DNA from: Spirochaetia bacterium UBA6919
Lineage (GTDB): Bacteria > Spirochaetota > UBA6919
Assembly: GCA_002450905.1 (NCBI GenBank)
Contig: DKAT01000070.1
Coordinates: forward strand, 70,097-134,096
Reading direction: 5' to 3'
DNA: 64,000 nucleotides
Shown: piece after piece, positions 47,993 to 58,665 of the stretch
How positions within the stretch are numbered: position 1 is the stretch's first letter
Layout of the letters: each line of letters opens with the position of its first letter
The notes under the pieces: generated by a model
What the model saw: only the letters and a program-made list of their open reading frames with translations
Told to the model about the DNA's origin: nothing
Databases searched by the model: none
Made by a program: the position numbers and the translations under genes

Positions 47993-49272
47993 AAGGACCC
48001 ATATTTATAATTTTAATCCTATTTCTCCTCAACACCTGTTCAAGTCCTGAAGACAAATTATTCCGGGCAGTCAGGGAGAACAATCTCAATCAGGTCAAAC
48101 AACTTCTTAATATAAGTCTTAACATCAACACAAGAGATTCCAAGGGCAGAACTCCTCTCCACATAGCCTTTCAAAATGGAAATATCCCTATAGTCCGTAT
48201 CTTACTCAAACAGAAGGCTGATATCAATGCCCAGGATCGTGATGGAAGAACACCCCTTCATCTCCTGTTTTTAAATAATACTAAGACCTTACGAAAGAAA
48301 TATAACTATGATTTTCGAGATGAAATCATCAAACTCCTCACCCAATATAAACCACAATACAATACCAGAGACCAATTAGGCAGAACAATCTTTCATTATA
48401 TCGCTCTCAATAGACATATAAAGTTTTTTTACAGACCCATTCGAAGTCATATTAAAGTCAATTTGAAGGATAATCAGGGTAAAACAGCTTATGATCTGGC
48501 TTCCAATGACATGAAATCACATATAGAATCGGCAGGAGCCCTAAAAGGAGAAGATTGGTCAGTCTATTACTATCCTCTCCTCGAATCAGCAAGAGATGGA
48601 GATCTGAATAAACTGAAATCCCTTCTTGAGAAAGGTGCCAATATCAATGCAAAGGATGATGTTCATGAATCAAATAAGCTCGAAGGGTATACCCCTCTAT
48701 TATATGCCGCATCAAACGGGCATTTACACATAATTTTATACTTAATATCTAAAGGAGTCAAAGTAAATTACCATACACTGGGTGGATACACTGCACTGTA
48801 TTATGCTGCAGAGAACGGTCATTATAAAGTTGTTCAATATCTCTTATCGAAAGGGGCGACAGCGAATATTCATAGTGCCTGTGATGCCCTTATGCCATTG
48901 GATCGTGCGGTACAAAACGGCTATGCCGATATTGCAAAACTCCTTGTACAACATGGTGGTACAGTATCCCAATATAATATGTATGCAGAATGCCCTCTGG
49001 CAGTAGCTTCCCTTATCGGAGACTATAAAATGGCATTGTCATCCATCCAAAATAGACATAACATTGATAGAAATAATGTTAATGGGAACACACCCCTTCA
49101 CTCTGCGGTTAAAATGGGACACGTTTCCATCATAAAGCTCCTATTAATTCATGGTGCATCTCCCTATATAAAAAACAATAAGAACCAAACCCCCTTAGAT
49201 CTTGCCACAGACAAAAAAATCCGTGAACTCCTTTTAAAACACGGTGCCAAATCCGGTAAAAAAATCAAATAA
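47989..49272 (+). CDS. ankyrin-repeat lipoprotein (copy 1 of a local paralog family)
   Basis: 427 aa. Lipobox LLNTCSS, about 10 ankyrin units. C-terminus TPLDLATDKKIRELLLKHGAKSGKKIK is shared with the copies at 49883-51295 and about 59368-59905. Confidence 0.8.
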   Translation: MKGPIFIILILFLLNTCSSPEDKLFRAVRENNLNQVKQLLNISLNINTRDSKGRTPLHIAFQNGNIPIVRILLKQKADINAQDRDGRTPLHLLFLNNTKTLRKKYNYDFRDEIIKLLTQYKPQYNTRDQLGRTIFHYIALNRHIKFFYRPIRSHIKVNLKDNQGKTAYDLASNDMKSHIESAGALKGEDWSVYYYPLLESARDGDLNKLKSLLEKGANINAKDDVHESNKLEGYTPLLYAASNGHLHIILYLISKGVKVNYHTLGGYTALYYAAENGHYKVVQYLLSKGATANIHSACDALMPLDRAVQNGYADIAKLLVQHGGTVSQYNMYAECPLAVASLIGDYKMALSSIQNRHNIDRNNVNGNTPLHSAVKMGHVSIIKLLLIHGASPYIKNNKNQTPLDLATDKKIRELLLKHGAKSGKKIK

Positions 49273-49397
49273 CCCGTATACAAACGTTCCCTTCCAATCA
49301 GCCATTCCAAATTATCCAAATTTTTCTTCCCCTTAATTAAAAATAATATATATTTCATATCAATATTGTTCTATGGATAATTCGATAATCGTTTAAA

Positions 49398-49661
49398 ATG
49401 AGTAAACAAAATAAAATACTCAATAAAATCGTAAGTGGAACAAGCGATTCCAATATCTCATTCAGGGATACCTGTTACCTCCTCACCAAACTGGGATTCA
49501 AAGACAGGATCAACGGCGATCACCATATCTACTTCAGAGAGGATATTGGAGAGATCATTAATCTACAGCCCAAAGATGGGATGACAAAGAATTATCAGGT
49601 CAAACAGGTACGAAATCTAATTTTAAAATACAAATTAGGAGAAATCCATGACAAAATATGA
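49398..49661 (+). CDS. HicA-like toxin (divergent)
   Basis: 87 aa. LLTKLGFKDRINGDHHIYFRE...NLQPKD resembles the YcfA/HicA fold, with GDHH in place of GSH. Overlaps the downstream hicB by 14 nt. Confidence 0.55.
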   Translation: MSKQNKILNKIVSGTSDSNISFRDTCYLLTKLGFKDRINGDHHIYFREDIGEIINLQPKDGMTKNYQVKQVRNLILKYKLGEIHDKI

Positions 49662-49857
49662 AATCATTTTATACTGGAGTGAGGAGGATGGATCATATAT
49701 CGCAGAAGTTCCCGAATTAGCAGGATGTTCAGCCGATGGATCCACCTATCAGGAAGCCCTTGAGAACGTAGAAATCGTCATCGCAGAATGGATTGAAACC
49801 GCCCAATCGCTGAATCGTCCCATCCCAAAACCAAAGGGGCGACTTCTCTTTGCATAA
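49648..49857 (+). CDS. hicB: HicB-family antitoxin (UPF0150)
   Basis: 69 aa, DGSYIAEVPELAGCSADGSTYQEALENV. Confidence 0.7.
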   Translation: MTKYEIILYWSEEDGSYIAEVPELAGCSADGSTYQEALENVEIVIAEWIETAQSLNRPIPKPKGRLLFA

Positions 49858-49882
49858 CACAATATCGACAACGAGGTTCCCA

Positions 49883-51295
49883 ATGAATAGACCCATCCTA
49901 ATAATTTTAATCCTATTTCTCCTCAATGCCTGTTCAAGTCCTGAAGACAAATTATTCCAGGCAGTCCGGGAAAACAATCTCAATCAGGTCAAACAACTTC
50001 TTAATACAAGTCTGAACATCAACACCAAAGATTCCAAAAGTAGAACTCCCCTCCACTATGCTACCCAACAAGTTCAGGTCGATATAACGAAACTCCTGTT
50101 CCAGCAAGGTGCAAATCCAAATATACAGGACAATGACAAACGTACTCCTCTCCATCTCCTCTTCTTCCAGAAAGCAAGTGAACTCAAGAAATCAAAATCC
50201 GAATCAGTACAAAAAGATCTCATCAAGCTGTTCATCAAACACAAAGCCCATTTCAATTAAAAGATAATTTAGGCAGAGCCCTTGCCCACTACGTTGCCTT
50301 GAACAATCATAATTTGGAATTACTAATAGCCAATAGAGATAATTATCTTGAGAAGGTATTAATCCGGGTGAATCTTAAGGACAATCAAAATAAATCACCC
50401 TTGGATCTGGCTACTGATAAGAAAACTATTGAAATATTCCAACGGTTAGGTGCCAGATCAGGCAAAGATTGGTCAAAGTATAGTTCCCTTATTAGAGGCT
50501 TCAGAGAAAGGGGATCTGGAGAAAGTGAAATATTCTCTCTCCAAAGGTGCAAATATCGAAGCAAGGTTAGATTCACGATCTCTTTCTATAAAAGGGGGGT
50601 GGGAAGCAACGCCTCTTATACTCGCTTCCAAACAAGGACATGAGCATATAGTAAAATATCTGCTTGAGAAAGGGGCTAATGTCAATAATAGTACAAGAAT
50701 TGGTTTAACACCCATCTACATAGCGAGTGAGAAGGGTCATTTCAATGTTGTAAAGCTGTTAATAGAATATGGCTCTGAAATAAATCGAGAACTCGCGTGT
50801 GGATTTGATACCCCCGCCACTTTAGCTCTAAAGAATAAACATTTTAAATTGATGGAATTCCTTATGTTGTATGGAGGTTATGTAACAATTGATGAATATG
50901 AATACATTTTACATACAGATGATCTTAAGAAATTGTCCCAAAAAGAGAAATTAGAATTACATCAAAAAATATTACGACATACCCAGAAACTAAGTCTTTC
51001 CAGTCACCTGATTAAAGCTGTGAAAGAAGGAAATCTCAATAAGGTGAAATCTCTTGTCCAGCAGGGAGCGATTATTCACGTAACTAGGGTTAAGCAGGAA
51101 TCAACAATTGATGGCTTGCTATTCATTGCAGTTGAAAAATCTAACTATAATCTGGTTAAATATCTGATTGACAATGGCATTCGTTTAAATACCAAAACAT
51201 ATCAAAATAAAACCCCCTTAGACCTTGCCACAGACCCCAAAATCCGTGAACTCCTCATAAAACACGGTGCCAAATCAGGTAAAAAAATCAAATAA
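49883..51295 (+). pseudogene. ankyrin-repeat lipoprotein paralog (copy 2), interrupted by two frameshifts
   Basis: The 5' 150 nt are near-identical to copy 1 (same signal peptide/lipobox). The reading frame shifts -1 near 50258, in an A-run within HFN/TKDNLGR, and +1 near 50490 (DWSKY/VPLLEASEKGD). The C-terminus matches copy 1. Confidence 0.6.
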
Positions 51296-51401
51296 TCCCT
51301 GAGACGATCCTATCCTTATCCGACTATACAATCCACATGAGCCTTCATTTGCATATCTCTTGATATAACTTTCTCATACAAAGCCACCCAAAGCCATCAC
51401 C

Positions 51402-51429
51402 ATCGGAACCAAAATTTCTGATTCCGATC
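51402..51429. repeat. palindromic motif ATCGGAAC-N13-GATTCCGATC (copy 2)
   Basis: catcggaaccaaaatttctgattccgatcc. See copy 1. Confidence 0.6.
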
Positions 51430-51625
51430 CTCATCGTTGGTGTTGACTGTGTGTATATATTTTAAATTTTCAATATTGATAAGTTTTCTTGTCTATTTTT
51501 ATAGTTGGAATTATATTTGATCTACACGGATTTACATCTGTTCAAAGGATTGAAATGAGACAGGGATATTAAATATCATCAGACTCTGTTGTAAATTATT
51601 TAAATCATTTTTTGGAGAAAAAATT

Positions 51626-52231
51626 ATGTATCAAAGAAAAATATTATCTTCTATTCAATTACTGGTATCAATTTTAATTTTAATGAGTATATCAAAAGTC
51701 TTATCTGCCCACAATGTTGTGAATTCAGCAACTGGTGGATTTTTACACCCCCTTACTGGATTGGATCACATGATTGCTATGATCAGTGTTGGTATTCTCA
51801 GTACTCAAATTGGTGGTTTAGCTGTCTGGTATGTCCCTGGGACATTTGTATTATCCATGAGTGCTGGGGGTTTTCTTGGAATACAAGGAGTTAATATCCC
51901 CCTTGTCGAATATGGGATAATTTTTTCAATAGTTGCACTGGGAACAATGATTTTTCTAACAAATAAATCACCACTTATCTTTACAATGGCATTTGTTTCC
52001 CTGTTTGGAATGCTTCATGGGCATGCTCACGGGACTGAAATCCCTAATCTATCTGAGCCTCTTGGATTCTTCCTTGGATTTATCATTGCAACTGTAGGTT
52101 TACATATTGCCGGAGTTATTTTAGGTTTAATCTATCGACGTTCTGAAGCTCAGTTAAAGATATTCCGCTGGACTGGTGCTGTGATTGTTTTCTCTGGCAT
52201 CGCATTTATTTTGTGGAATGTGATAAAATAA
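51626..52231 (+). CDS. HupE/UreJ-family membrane protein (Ni/Co transporter-like)
   Basis: 201 aa. Signal peptide, 6 TM helices, N-terminal HPxxGxDH motif (LHPLTGLDHMIAM). Confidence 0.75.
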   Translation: MYQRKILSSIQLLVSILILMSISKVLSAHNVVNSATGGFLHPLTGLDHMIAMISVGILSTQIGGLAVWYVPGTFVLSMSAGGFLGIQGVNIPLVEYGIIFSIVALGTMIFLTNKSPLIFTMAFVSLFGMLHGHAHGTEIPNLSEPLGFFLGFIIATVGLHIAGVILGLIYRRSEAQLKIFRWTGAVIVFSGIAFILWNVIK

Positions 52232-52267
52232 TTCATAATCGACTAATAATAAATTTAGGATTGACTA

Positions 52268-53245
52268 TTGAAAGCTGTAGTCTATGAGGAATATGGTTCA
52301 CCCGATGTCCTACAATTAAAAGAAATTGATAAACCTGTACCTAAGGATAATGAAGTCCTGATTAAAGTTCATTCTGTATCTCTAAACTCGCTGGACTGGA
52401 GGATACTTCGAGCTAATCCATTCCTTGTACGTTTCATGGGATTTGGATTATTGAAACCTAGTGTTAATATACTTGGAGCGGATATATCAGGTACAATTGA
52501 ATCTATAGGAAAGAATATCAAACAATTTCAGGTGGGGGATGAAGTCCTTGGAGACAAAGTACCGGGAAAATTGGGTGGCCTGGCAGAGTATACCTGTGCA
52601 ACTGAAGATGTTATTATTAAGAAGCCCAGACAACTTTCCTTTGATGATTGTGCTTGTCTTCCAATTGCTCGAGTAACTGTACTTCAAGGACTTCGGGATT
52701 ATGGTAAGATTCAGTCTGGACAACGGGTATTGATCCATGGTGCTTCCGGTGGAGTGGGGACTTTTGCGGTTCAGATAGCTAAATATTTTGGTGCAGATGT
52801 TACAGGTCAATGCAGTACAGGAAATATTGATATGGTACAATCTTTGGGAGCAGACCAAGTCATAGATTATAAGAAAGAAGATTTCGTTAAGCTGGGTCAA
52901 AAATATGATCTCATCTTCGCAGCCAACGGAGGACGTTCTATATTTGAATATAAACAAGCAATGAATCCTCATGGTATCTATGTCATGGTTGGGGGATCGG
53001 GTAAACAAATGTTTCAGGCTATGGCACTAGGGCCTATATTATCAATATTTAGTAATCAAAGATTCAGACATGTAATAGCTAAGACAAATTTAAAAGACAT
53101 GTCATTTTTAATAGATATTCTTGAATCAGGTCATTTGAAACCACTTATTGATCGTAAGTATTCACTCGATGAAACAGCTGATGCCTTTCGGTACATAGAA
53201 ACAGGTCACGCCAGTGGGAAAGTAATTATCCATGTTAACCAGTAA
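52268..53245 (+). CDS. MDR-superfamily NAD(P)H-dependent oxidoreductase (quinone oxidoreductase-like)
   Basis: 325 aa, TTG start with an AGGA RBS. MKAVVYEEYGSPDVLQL N-terminus and the GASGGVGTFAVQIAK nucleotide-binding motif. Confidence 0.8.
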   Translation: MKAVVYEEYGSPDVLQLKEIDKPVPKDNEVLIKVHSVSLNSLDWRILRANPFLVRFMGFGLLKPSVNILGADISGTIESIGKNIKQFQVGDEVLGDKVPGKLGGLAEYTCATEDVIIKKPRQLSFDDCACLPIARVTVLQGLRDYGKIQSGQRVLIHGASGGVGTFAVQIAKYFGADVTGQCSTGNIDMVQSLGADQVIDYKKEDFVKLGQKYDLIFAANGGRSIFEYKQAMNPHGIYVMVGGSGKQMFQAMALGPILSIFSNQRFRHVIAKTNLKDMSFLIDILESGHLKPLIDRKYSLDETADAFRYIETGHASGKVIIHVNQ

Positions 53246-53443
53246 ATAATTTCTTATTCCAGAATACTTAATAAATAATTTTCAATATCAATATTTTTTA
53301 ATATATTTATAGGAAGAAGGGTATTACGAAATGCCTTTGTGGTATTTATTATTATTTATTAATATTATTGTAATAACAGTATGTGATAACCACCATGATT
53401 TAAAATTAATTTCTGATAAATAGTATATTATAGTGAGGGTTGT

Positions 53444-55633
53444 TTGGAAATCACTGAAGCCATTATTAAAAGTCATAATCTCACATTAGATGAATACGAA
53501 AAGATTAAAAAAATCCTTGGACGAGAGCCGAATATCACTGAACTAGGGATGTATTCCGTATTATGGTCTGAGCATTGTTCTTATAAAAGTTCTAAGCCCT
53601 TATTGAAATTATTATTGAGTAGTGGTGAGCATATTATCCAAGGCCCAGGCGAGAATGCAGGGGTCATTGATATCGGAGATGGTCTTGCCATCGTCATGAA
53701 AGTGGAGTCTCATAATCATCCCAGTGCTATTGAGCCATATCAGGGTGCTGCAACGGGTGTTGGCGGAATAATCAGAGATATCATTACCATGGGTGCTCGT
53801 CCTATTGCTCTGCTGAACTCCTTACGATTCGGTGAATATAATAACAACAAGACAAAACACCTTTTCTCCGGTGTTGTATCAGGAATAGCAGGCTATGGCA
53901 ATTGTGTGGGTATCCCAACAGTTGCTGGAGAAGTGTATTTTGAGGAATGTTATCAGGCAAATCCCCTTGTGAATGCTATGTGTGTTGGTCTACTGGATAC
54001 AAAACACCTTGTGAAAGCTATTGCTACTGGGGAGGGGAATCCGGTTATCTATGCTGGTTCAACAACAGGACGAGATGGATTGGGTGGAGCTGCTTTTGCA
54101 TCAAAAGAACTGAGTGATAAGAGTGAAGAAGATAGACCAGCTGTTCAGGTTGGAGATCCATTCCTTGAAAAACTATTAATCGAAGCTTGTTTAGAGATAT
54201 CTCAAAAGGAATATCTTGTAGGTATGCAGGATATGGGAGCTGCAGGTCTTACAAGTTCTTCTTCCGAGATGGCTGGCAAGGGGAATAGTGGTATGGTCAT
54301 AGATCTATCCAAGGTTCCTCAGAGGGATAAGAATCTTACCCCCTATGAAATGATGCTCTCAGAATCCCAGGAAAGAATGCTCCTTGTTGTAAAGAAGGGT
54401 CATGAAGACGATGCTATGAAGATATTCCATAAATGGGGACTTCACGCAGTTGTTATAGGAGAGGTCAATTCAGATGGATATCTCACTGTTATGTATGATG
54501 GTAAACAAGCCGCTAAAGTCCCTGCTAAATCTCTATCCGACGATGCTCCAGTATACAATAGACCAGACAGCAAACCAACATATATAGATGAACGAAAGAA
54601 TGCCATTAATAACAAGCGTTTCAAGGAGGAGGATTATAATCAAGCCTTATTGAAAGTCCTATCCTCACCATCAATTATGAGTAAACGACCTATCTATGAA
54701 CAATATGACCACATGATCGGTACAAGTACTGTTATCATCCCAGGAAAGGGAGATTCAGCCGTTATACGCATTAACAACTCCCAGAAAGCCATTGCCGTCA
54801 CCATTGATGGGAACAGTCGATATTGTTATCTTGATCCACATACAGGAGGACAGATTACAGTTGCAGAAGCCGCACGGAATATAGTCTGTGTTGGAGCCAA
54901 ACCTCTGGCAATTACCGACGGGATTAATTTCGCTAATCCTGAGAACAAAGAGATCTTCTATCAATTGAAACAAGCTATTTTAGGGATCAATGAAACCTGT
55001 GAAGCACTCAACACTCCTGTAGTAAGCGGTAATGTAAGTCTCTATAATGAAACCAATGGTATCCCCATCTATCCTACCCCTATCATCGGTATGGTGGGAC
55101 TCATTGAGGACGTGAATAATGTAATGACTATGGATTTCAAACATGCAGAAGATGTGATTATCTTATTAGGAGATACATTAGAAGAGATCGGTGGGAGTGA
55201 ATACCTCAAAGTCCTTTATAATATTGTTGGAGGAGAGTGCCCATCTATTAATTTATCCTTAGAAAAACAGATTCAGGATATATGCTTATCCATGATTCAA
55301 AAGGGAATTATATCCTCAGCTCACGATATATCCGAAGGCGGATTGGCAATAGCTTTGAGTGAATGTTGTATAGCAGGAGACAAAGGAGCTAAGATATTTA
55401 TCGGAGATACTGGACTTACCCCCTCAGCCCAATTATTTGGTGAATCCCAATCAAGAATTATTATAACTGTATCCGCGGAAAATCTTTATGATGCTATAAC
55501 CTATCTTGAATACACCGATATTCCCTACCAACAAATCGGTCTTGTTACAGATGAGAAGGTGCTTAAAATAGATAAGCTCATTGATATTCCTGTCCAGAAG
55601 CTAAGAGAACACTGGGACAACCTTAAAATATAA
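53444..55633 (+). CDS. purL: phosphoribosylformylglycinamidine synthase subunit PurL
   Basis: 729 aa, TTG start with a GAGGG RBS. AIRS-like tandem domains. N-terminus LTLDEYEKIKKILGREPNITELGMYSVLWSEHCSYKSS is diagnostic of small PurL. Confidence 0.92.
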   Translation: MEITEAIIKSHNLTLDEYEKIKKILGREPNITELGMYSVLWSEHCSYKSSKPLLKLLLSSGEHIIQGPGENAGVIDIGDGLAIVMKVESHNHPSAIEPYQGAATGVGGIIRDIITMGARPIALLNSLRFGEYNNNKTKHLFSGVVSGIAGYGNCVGIPTVAGEVYFEECYQANPLVNAMCVGLLDTKHLVKAIATGEGNPVIYAGSTTGRDGLGGAAFASKELSDKSEEDRPAVQVGDPFLEKLLIEACLEISQKEYLVGMQDMGAAGLTSSSSEMAGKGNSGMVIDLSKVPQRDKNLTPYEMMLSESQERMLLVVKKGHEDDAMKIFHKWGLHAVVIGEVNSDGYLTVMYDGKQAAKVPAKSLSDDAPVYNRPDSKPTYIDERKNAINNKRFKEEDYNQALLKVLSSPSIMSKRPIYEQYDHMIGTSTVIIPGKGDSAVIRINNSQKAIAVTIDGNSRYCYLDPHTGGQITVAEAARNIVCVGAKPLAITDGINFANPENKEIFYQLKQAILGINETCEALNTPVVSGNVSLYNETNGIPIYPTPIIGMVGLIEDVNNVMTMDFKHAEDVIILLGDTLEEIGGSEYLKVLYNIVGGECPSINLSLEKQIQDICLSMIQKGIISSAHDISEGGLAIALSECCIAGDKGAKIFIGDTGLTPSAQLFGESQSRIIITVSAENLYDAITYLEYTDIPYQQIGLVTDEKVLKIDKLIDIPVQKLREHWDNLKI

Positions 55634-55680
55634 GTTAGAAGAATCATTTGACAGGTTTAATACAATTTAACCGGTTGGTG

Positions 55681-55706
55681 AGCGTAGCCGAACCAACATT
55701 TATTAA
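55681..55706. repeat. 24-nt conserved element, copy 2
   Basis: ccggttggtgagcgtagccgaaccaa. See 27648-27671. Confidence 0.45.
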
Positions 55707-55760
55707 TTTCATATATGAATTACAATCAGTATACTGAACGATAGCAGAAGTGCCAAACCA

Positions 55761-55997
55761 TTACTTCTTCTGGATATACACTAAAAAATCATCATCATAG
55801 GGCTGTACATCAACGATCTGATGACCTGTGATCCTGGACCACGCATTAAAATCACTACAAGTCCCTGCTCCCTTCACAAACATCCTCAGAACTTCCCCCT
55901 GAGACAACTTATCCAGAGCCAGTTTCGTCTTCGCCATCAATACCCCGCAACGAAATCCCCTCCCATCCAATTCCTTATGAAACAATACGTCATTCAT
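55761..55997 (-). CDS. TusA-like sulfur-carrier protein (variant active-site motif)
   Basis: 78 aa. LDGRGFRCGVLMAKTKLALDKLSQGEVL aligns with the TusA LDxxGLxCPxPV...GE motif. The Cys is retained but the CPxP prolines are replaced. Confidence 0.65.
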   Translation of the reverse strand: MNDVLFHKELDGRGFRCGVLMAKTKLALDKLSQGEVLRMFVKGAGTCSDFNAWSRITGHQIVDVQPYDDDFLVYIQKK

Positions 55998-56355
55998 ATG
56001 TACCCCCTACAAATATCTTTAATATTACTAAAATTATAGCGCCATGTCAAATCCATATTATTATAGTGATTACCACGATACAATGAACACCCAGTCCGCT
56101 AAATATACTATATTATGTAAAAAACGACGATTACTATTATTGACAAAGTATTATTTGTATAGTATATTTATCGACACCAATAAGGAATTTATTCTGAAAC
56201 AAGTTATTAATCACTAAAGGAGGAATATTCTTTTAAATTATATTCTCATCATATTTTAATCAGATAATGTGTGGAACATACCCAGAGCTATGCTGAAGGG
56301 GCAAACCATCAATTATCAATCTTAAAACACAATTTATACCTCAAAGGGGGGCTAC

Positions 56356-58284
56356 ATGCTAAAAAATCTTAGTCTTACAATGAAAATGGCAATGGGTTTC
56401 GGGATAATCCTGATCCTCATGGCTATCTTAGCGGGAGTATCCTACAACGCCATGAACAAGGTCGAAGACCGCGAAAGTAAATTAAACAACGTCAATCAAT
56501 TGGTACAAAGAATCCTTGAAATGCGGCGTGAGGAGAAAAATTATATCCTCCGTGGAAACAAACAATACCTCGACAACCACCAAAAATTATATGCTGAAAT
56601 GATCTCCACTTCAAAGAAACTCAAAGAAGATTTCAAAGATCAATACAACAAAGATGAGATGGACAAAATAATTAAATTCACCAATGAATATAAAACCGCT
56701 GTGGTTACCTATATCAAACTACAAAATGAAAAAAACAACCTTGAGAACAGCATGTTAAAAGACATTGCAAACCTCGAGAAGGAAGCGACAGAGGTTCGGG
56801 AAGATCAGAAAAAATTATATAGAGAACTCGTTCAATCAGGAGCAAATGCAGGATTATTAAATGACAGAGTGATGAAAGCCGATTCCGCAAACCGAATAAT
56901 TAAGATTATGCTGGATATGAAGGTCGAACGCAGAAATTATGTTATCACCAAGGATGAGAAAAGTGCTAAATCCGTTCAAAATCTCTCAAATAATATTAAA
57001 AACGAAGCGGAAAACCTTCTCAAAACCCTTAAACGGGAACAAAATATCAAACAGATCAACGATGTCACAAATGCTTTGGATACCTACCTTAAAAACTTCA
57101 ATAAATATGTGGATCTCACCAAAACCCAGATCAAAGCAGAAAACACCATGCTCAAAGATGCAAAAGAAGTTAGGGAGCAATGCTACAGAACTCAAGCGGA
57201 TCAGAAAAAGAAATTAGAAGCCGTGATAACATCAACGAACCTCATCATCATTTCCGGAGCTCTCATTGCGATAATATTAGGTATTGCTATGAGTTATTTC
57301 ATCACCCGATCCATCACAAAACCCTTAAATACAGCCATCAATTCCCTAACCGAATCCTCAGAACAAGTTGCCTCAGGATCCCAGCAGGTCAGTGTTGCCA
57401 GTCAGAAGTTAGCCGAAGGAGCCTCGGAATCCGCCGCATCCCTCGAAGAAACTTCCGCTTCCCTGGAAGAAATCGCCGCCATGAGTCAGAGCAATTCCAC
57501 CAGTTCTGAAAAAGCGGATGAAATCGCTCAAAACACCACACAAATCGTCAATAGAGCCAATGAGTCCATGGTTACCCTCAAAATAGCTATTGAAGATATC
57601 AACAAAACAAGCGAACAGACCGTAAAAATCATTAAGGTCATCGATGATATTGCTTTCCAAACCAACTTACTATCCCTCAATGCCGCCGTCGAAGCTGCCA
57701 GAGCAGGGGAAGCGGGGATGGGATTTGCCGTCGTCGCGGATGAAGTCCGAAATCTTGCCCAGAGAACTTCAGAAGCCGCTAAAAGTACGGCTGAACTCAT
57801 CGAAAATTCCATTAAAAACATCAAAGAGGGTTTCACTCTCACACAGAACACGGAAAAGGAATTCATCCAGGTGGTGGAATCTATGGTCAAATTAAAAGAA
57901 CTCATTGGAGAGGTCACCAGTTCCTCTCAGGAGCAATCCAAAGCCATTGAACAGGTCAGTATAACAGTCGCTACCATGAATCAGGTCACTCAAAATAACG
58001 CCAGCAGTTCAGAAGAATCCGCATCCGCCAGTGAAGAACTCGGTGCACAGGCACAATCCATGATCACCATCGTCGATTCCTTAAATCAGATCATTGGTCG
58101 AAATGGTAACGGTTTGTTAAATAAGATCTCTGGAAACGGACACAACGGGAATGGACATCACAAAATACAGATCCATCCCATAGAACACACGAGTATGAAG
58201 CCTCTGGAATACCACCCCATTGGAAAGAAGGATTATCCCACAAAAGAATTTCCAATGGATCATGATTTTAAAGACTTTAAATAA
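56356..58284 (+). CDS. methyl-accepting chemotaxis protein
   Basis: 642 aa. N-terminal TM, helical sensor region, second TM, HAMP, highly conserved MCP signalling hairpin ([40 protein letters not shown]). C-terminal NGNGH-repeat tail. AAGGGGGG RBS. Confidence 0.88.
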   Translation: MLKNLSLTMKMAMGFGIILILMAILAGVSYNAMNKVEDRESKLNNVNQLVQRILEMRREEKNYILRGNKQYLDNHQKLYAEMISTSKKLKEDFKDQYNKDEMDKIIKFTNEYKTAVVTYIKLQNEKNNLENSMLKDIANLEKEATEVREDQKKLYRELVQSGANAGLLNDRVMKADSANRIIKIMLDMKVERRNYVITKDEKSAKSVQNLSNNIKNEAENLLKTLKREQNIKQINDVTNALDTYLKNFNKYVDLTKTQIKAENTMLKDAKEVREQCYRTQADQKKKLEAVITSTNLIIISGALIAIILGIAMSYFITRSITKPLNTAINSLTESSEQVASGSQQVSVASQKLAEGASESAASLEETSASLEEIAAMSQSNSTSSEKADEIAQNTTQIVNRANESMVTLKIAIEDINKTSEQTVKIIKVIDDIAFQTNLLSLNAAVEAARAGEAGMGFAVVADEVRNLAQRTSEAAKSTAELIENSIKNIKEGFTLTQNTEKEFIQVVESMVKLKELIGEVTSSSQEQSKAIEQVSITVATMNQVTQNNASSSEESASASEELGAQAQSMITIVDSLNQIIGRNGNGLLNKISGNGHNGNGHHKIQIHPIEHTSMKPLEYHPIGKKDYPTKEFPMDHDFKDFK

Positions 58285-58507
58285 AGATTTTATCCCAAAT
58301 ACCCTTCTCAGTAACACGGAATCTATCCCTGGGATTGAGTTGGGTATTGCACACCTCCCCATGCATTGACATTTGAATCCTCATCCAACAGATCCTACGT
58401 TCATTTCATAAAATTATATGAGCTCAAATCAATATTTCGTTAAAGCGATAAGACTATAAAACCGATTTTACTACTTAATTCGAACAAAGGCACTTAAACG
58501 AAACACA

Positions 58508-58535
58508 ATCGGAACCAAAATTTCTGATTCCGATC
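58508..58535. repeat. palindromic motif ATCGGAAC-N13-GATTCCGATC (copy 3)
   Basis: aatcggaaccaaaatttctgattccgatc. Confidence 0.6.
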
Positions 58536-58665
58536 ATGATAGCTTGGGGTAATTGTCTTCTTAAAGTGTTTTGAGTTGATGTGAAAACTAAACGTCAGGT
58601 TATATCCTCTTTGTAAATCAAAAATAATTAACTAATTTTTTAATTCTATTGTTATATTTAATAAT

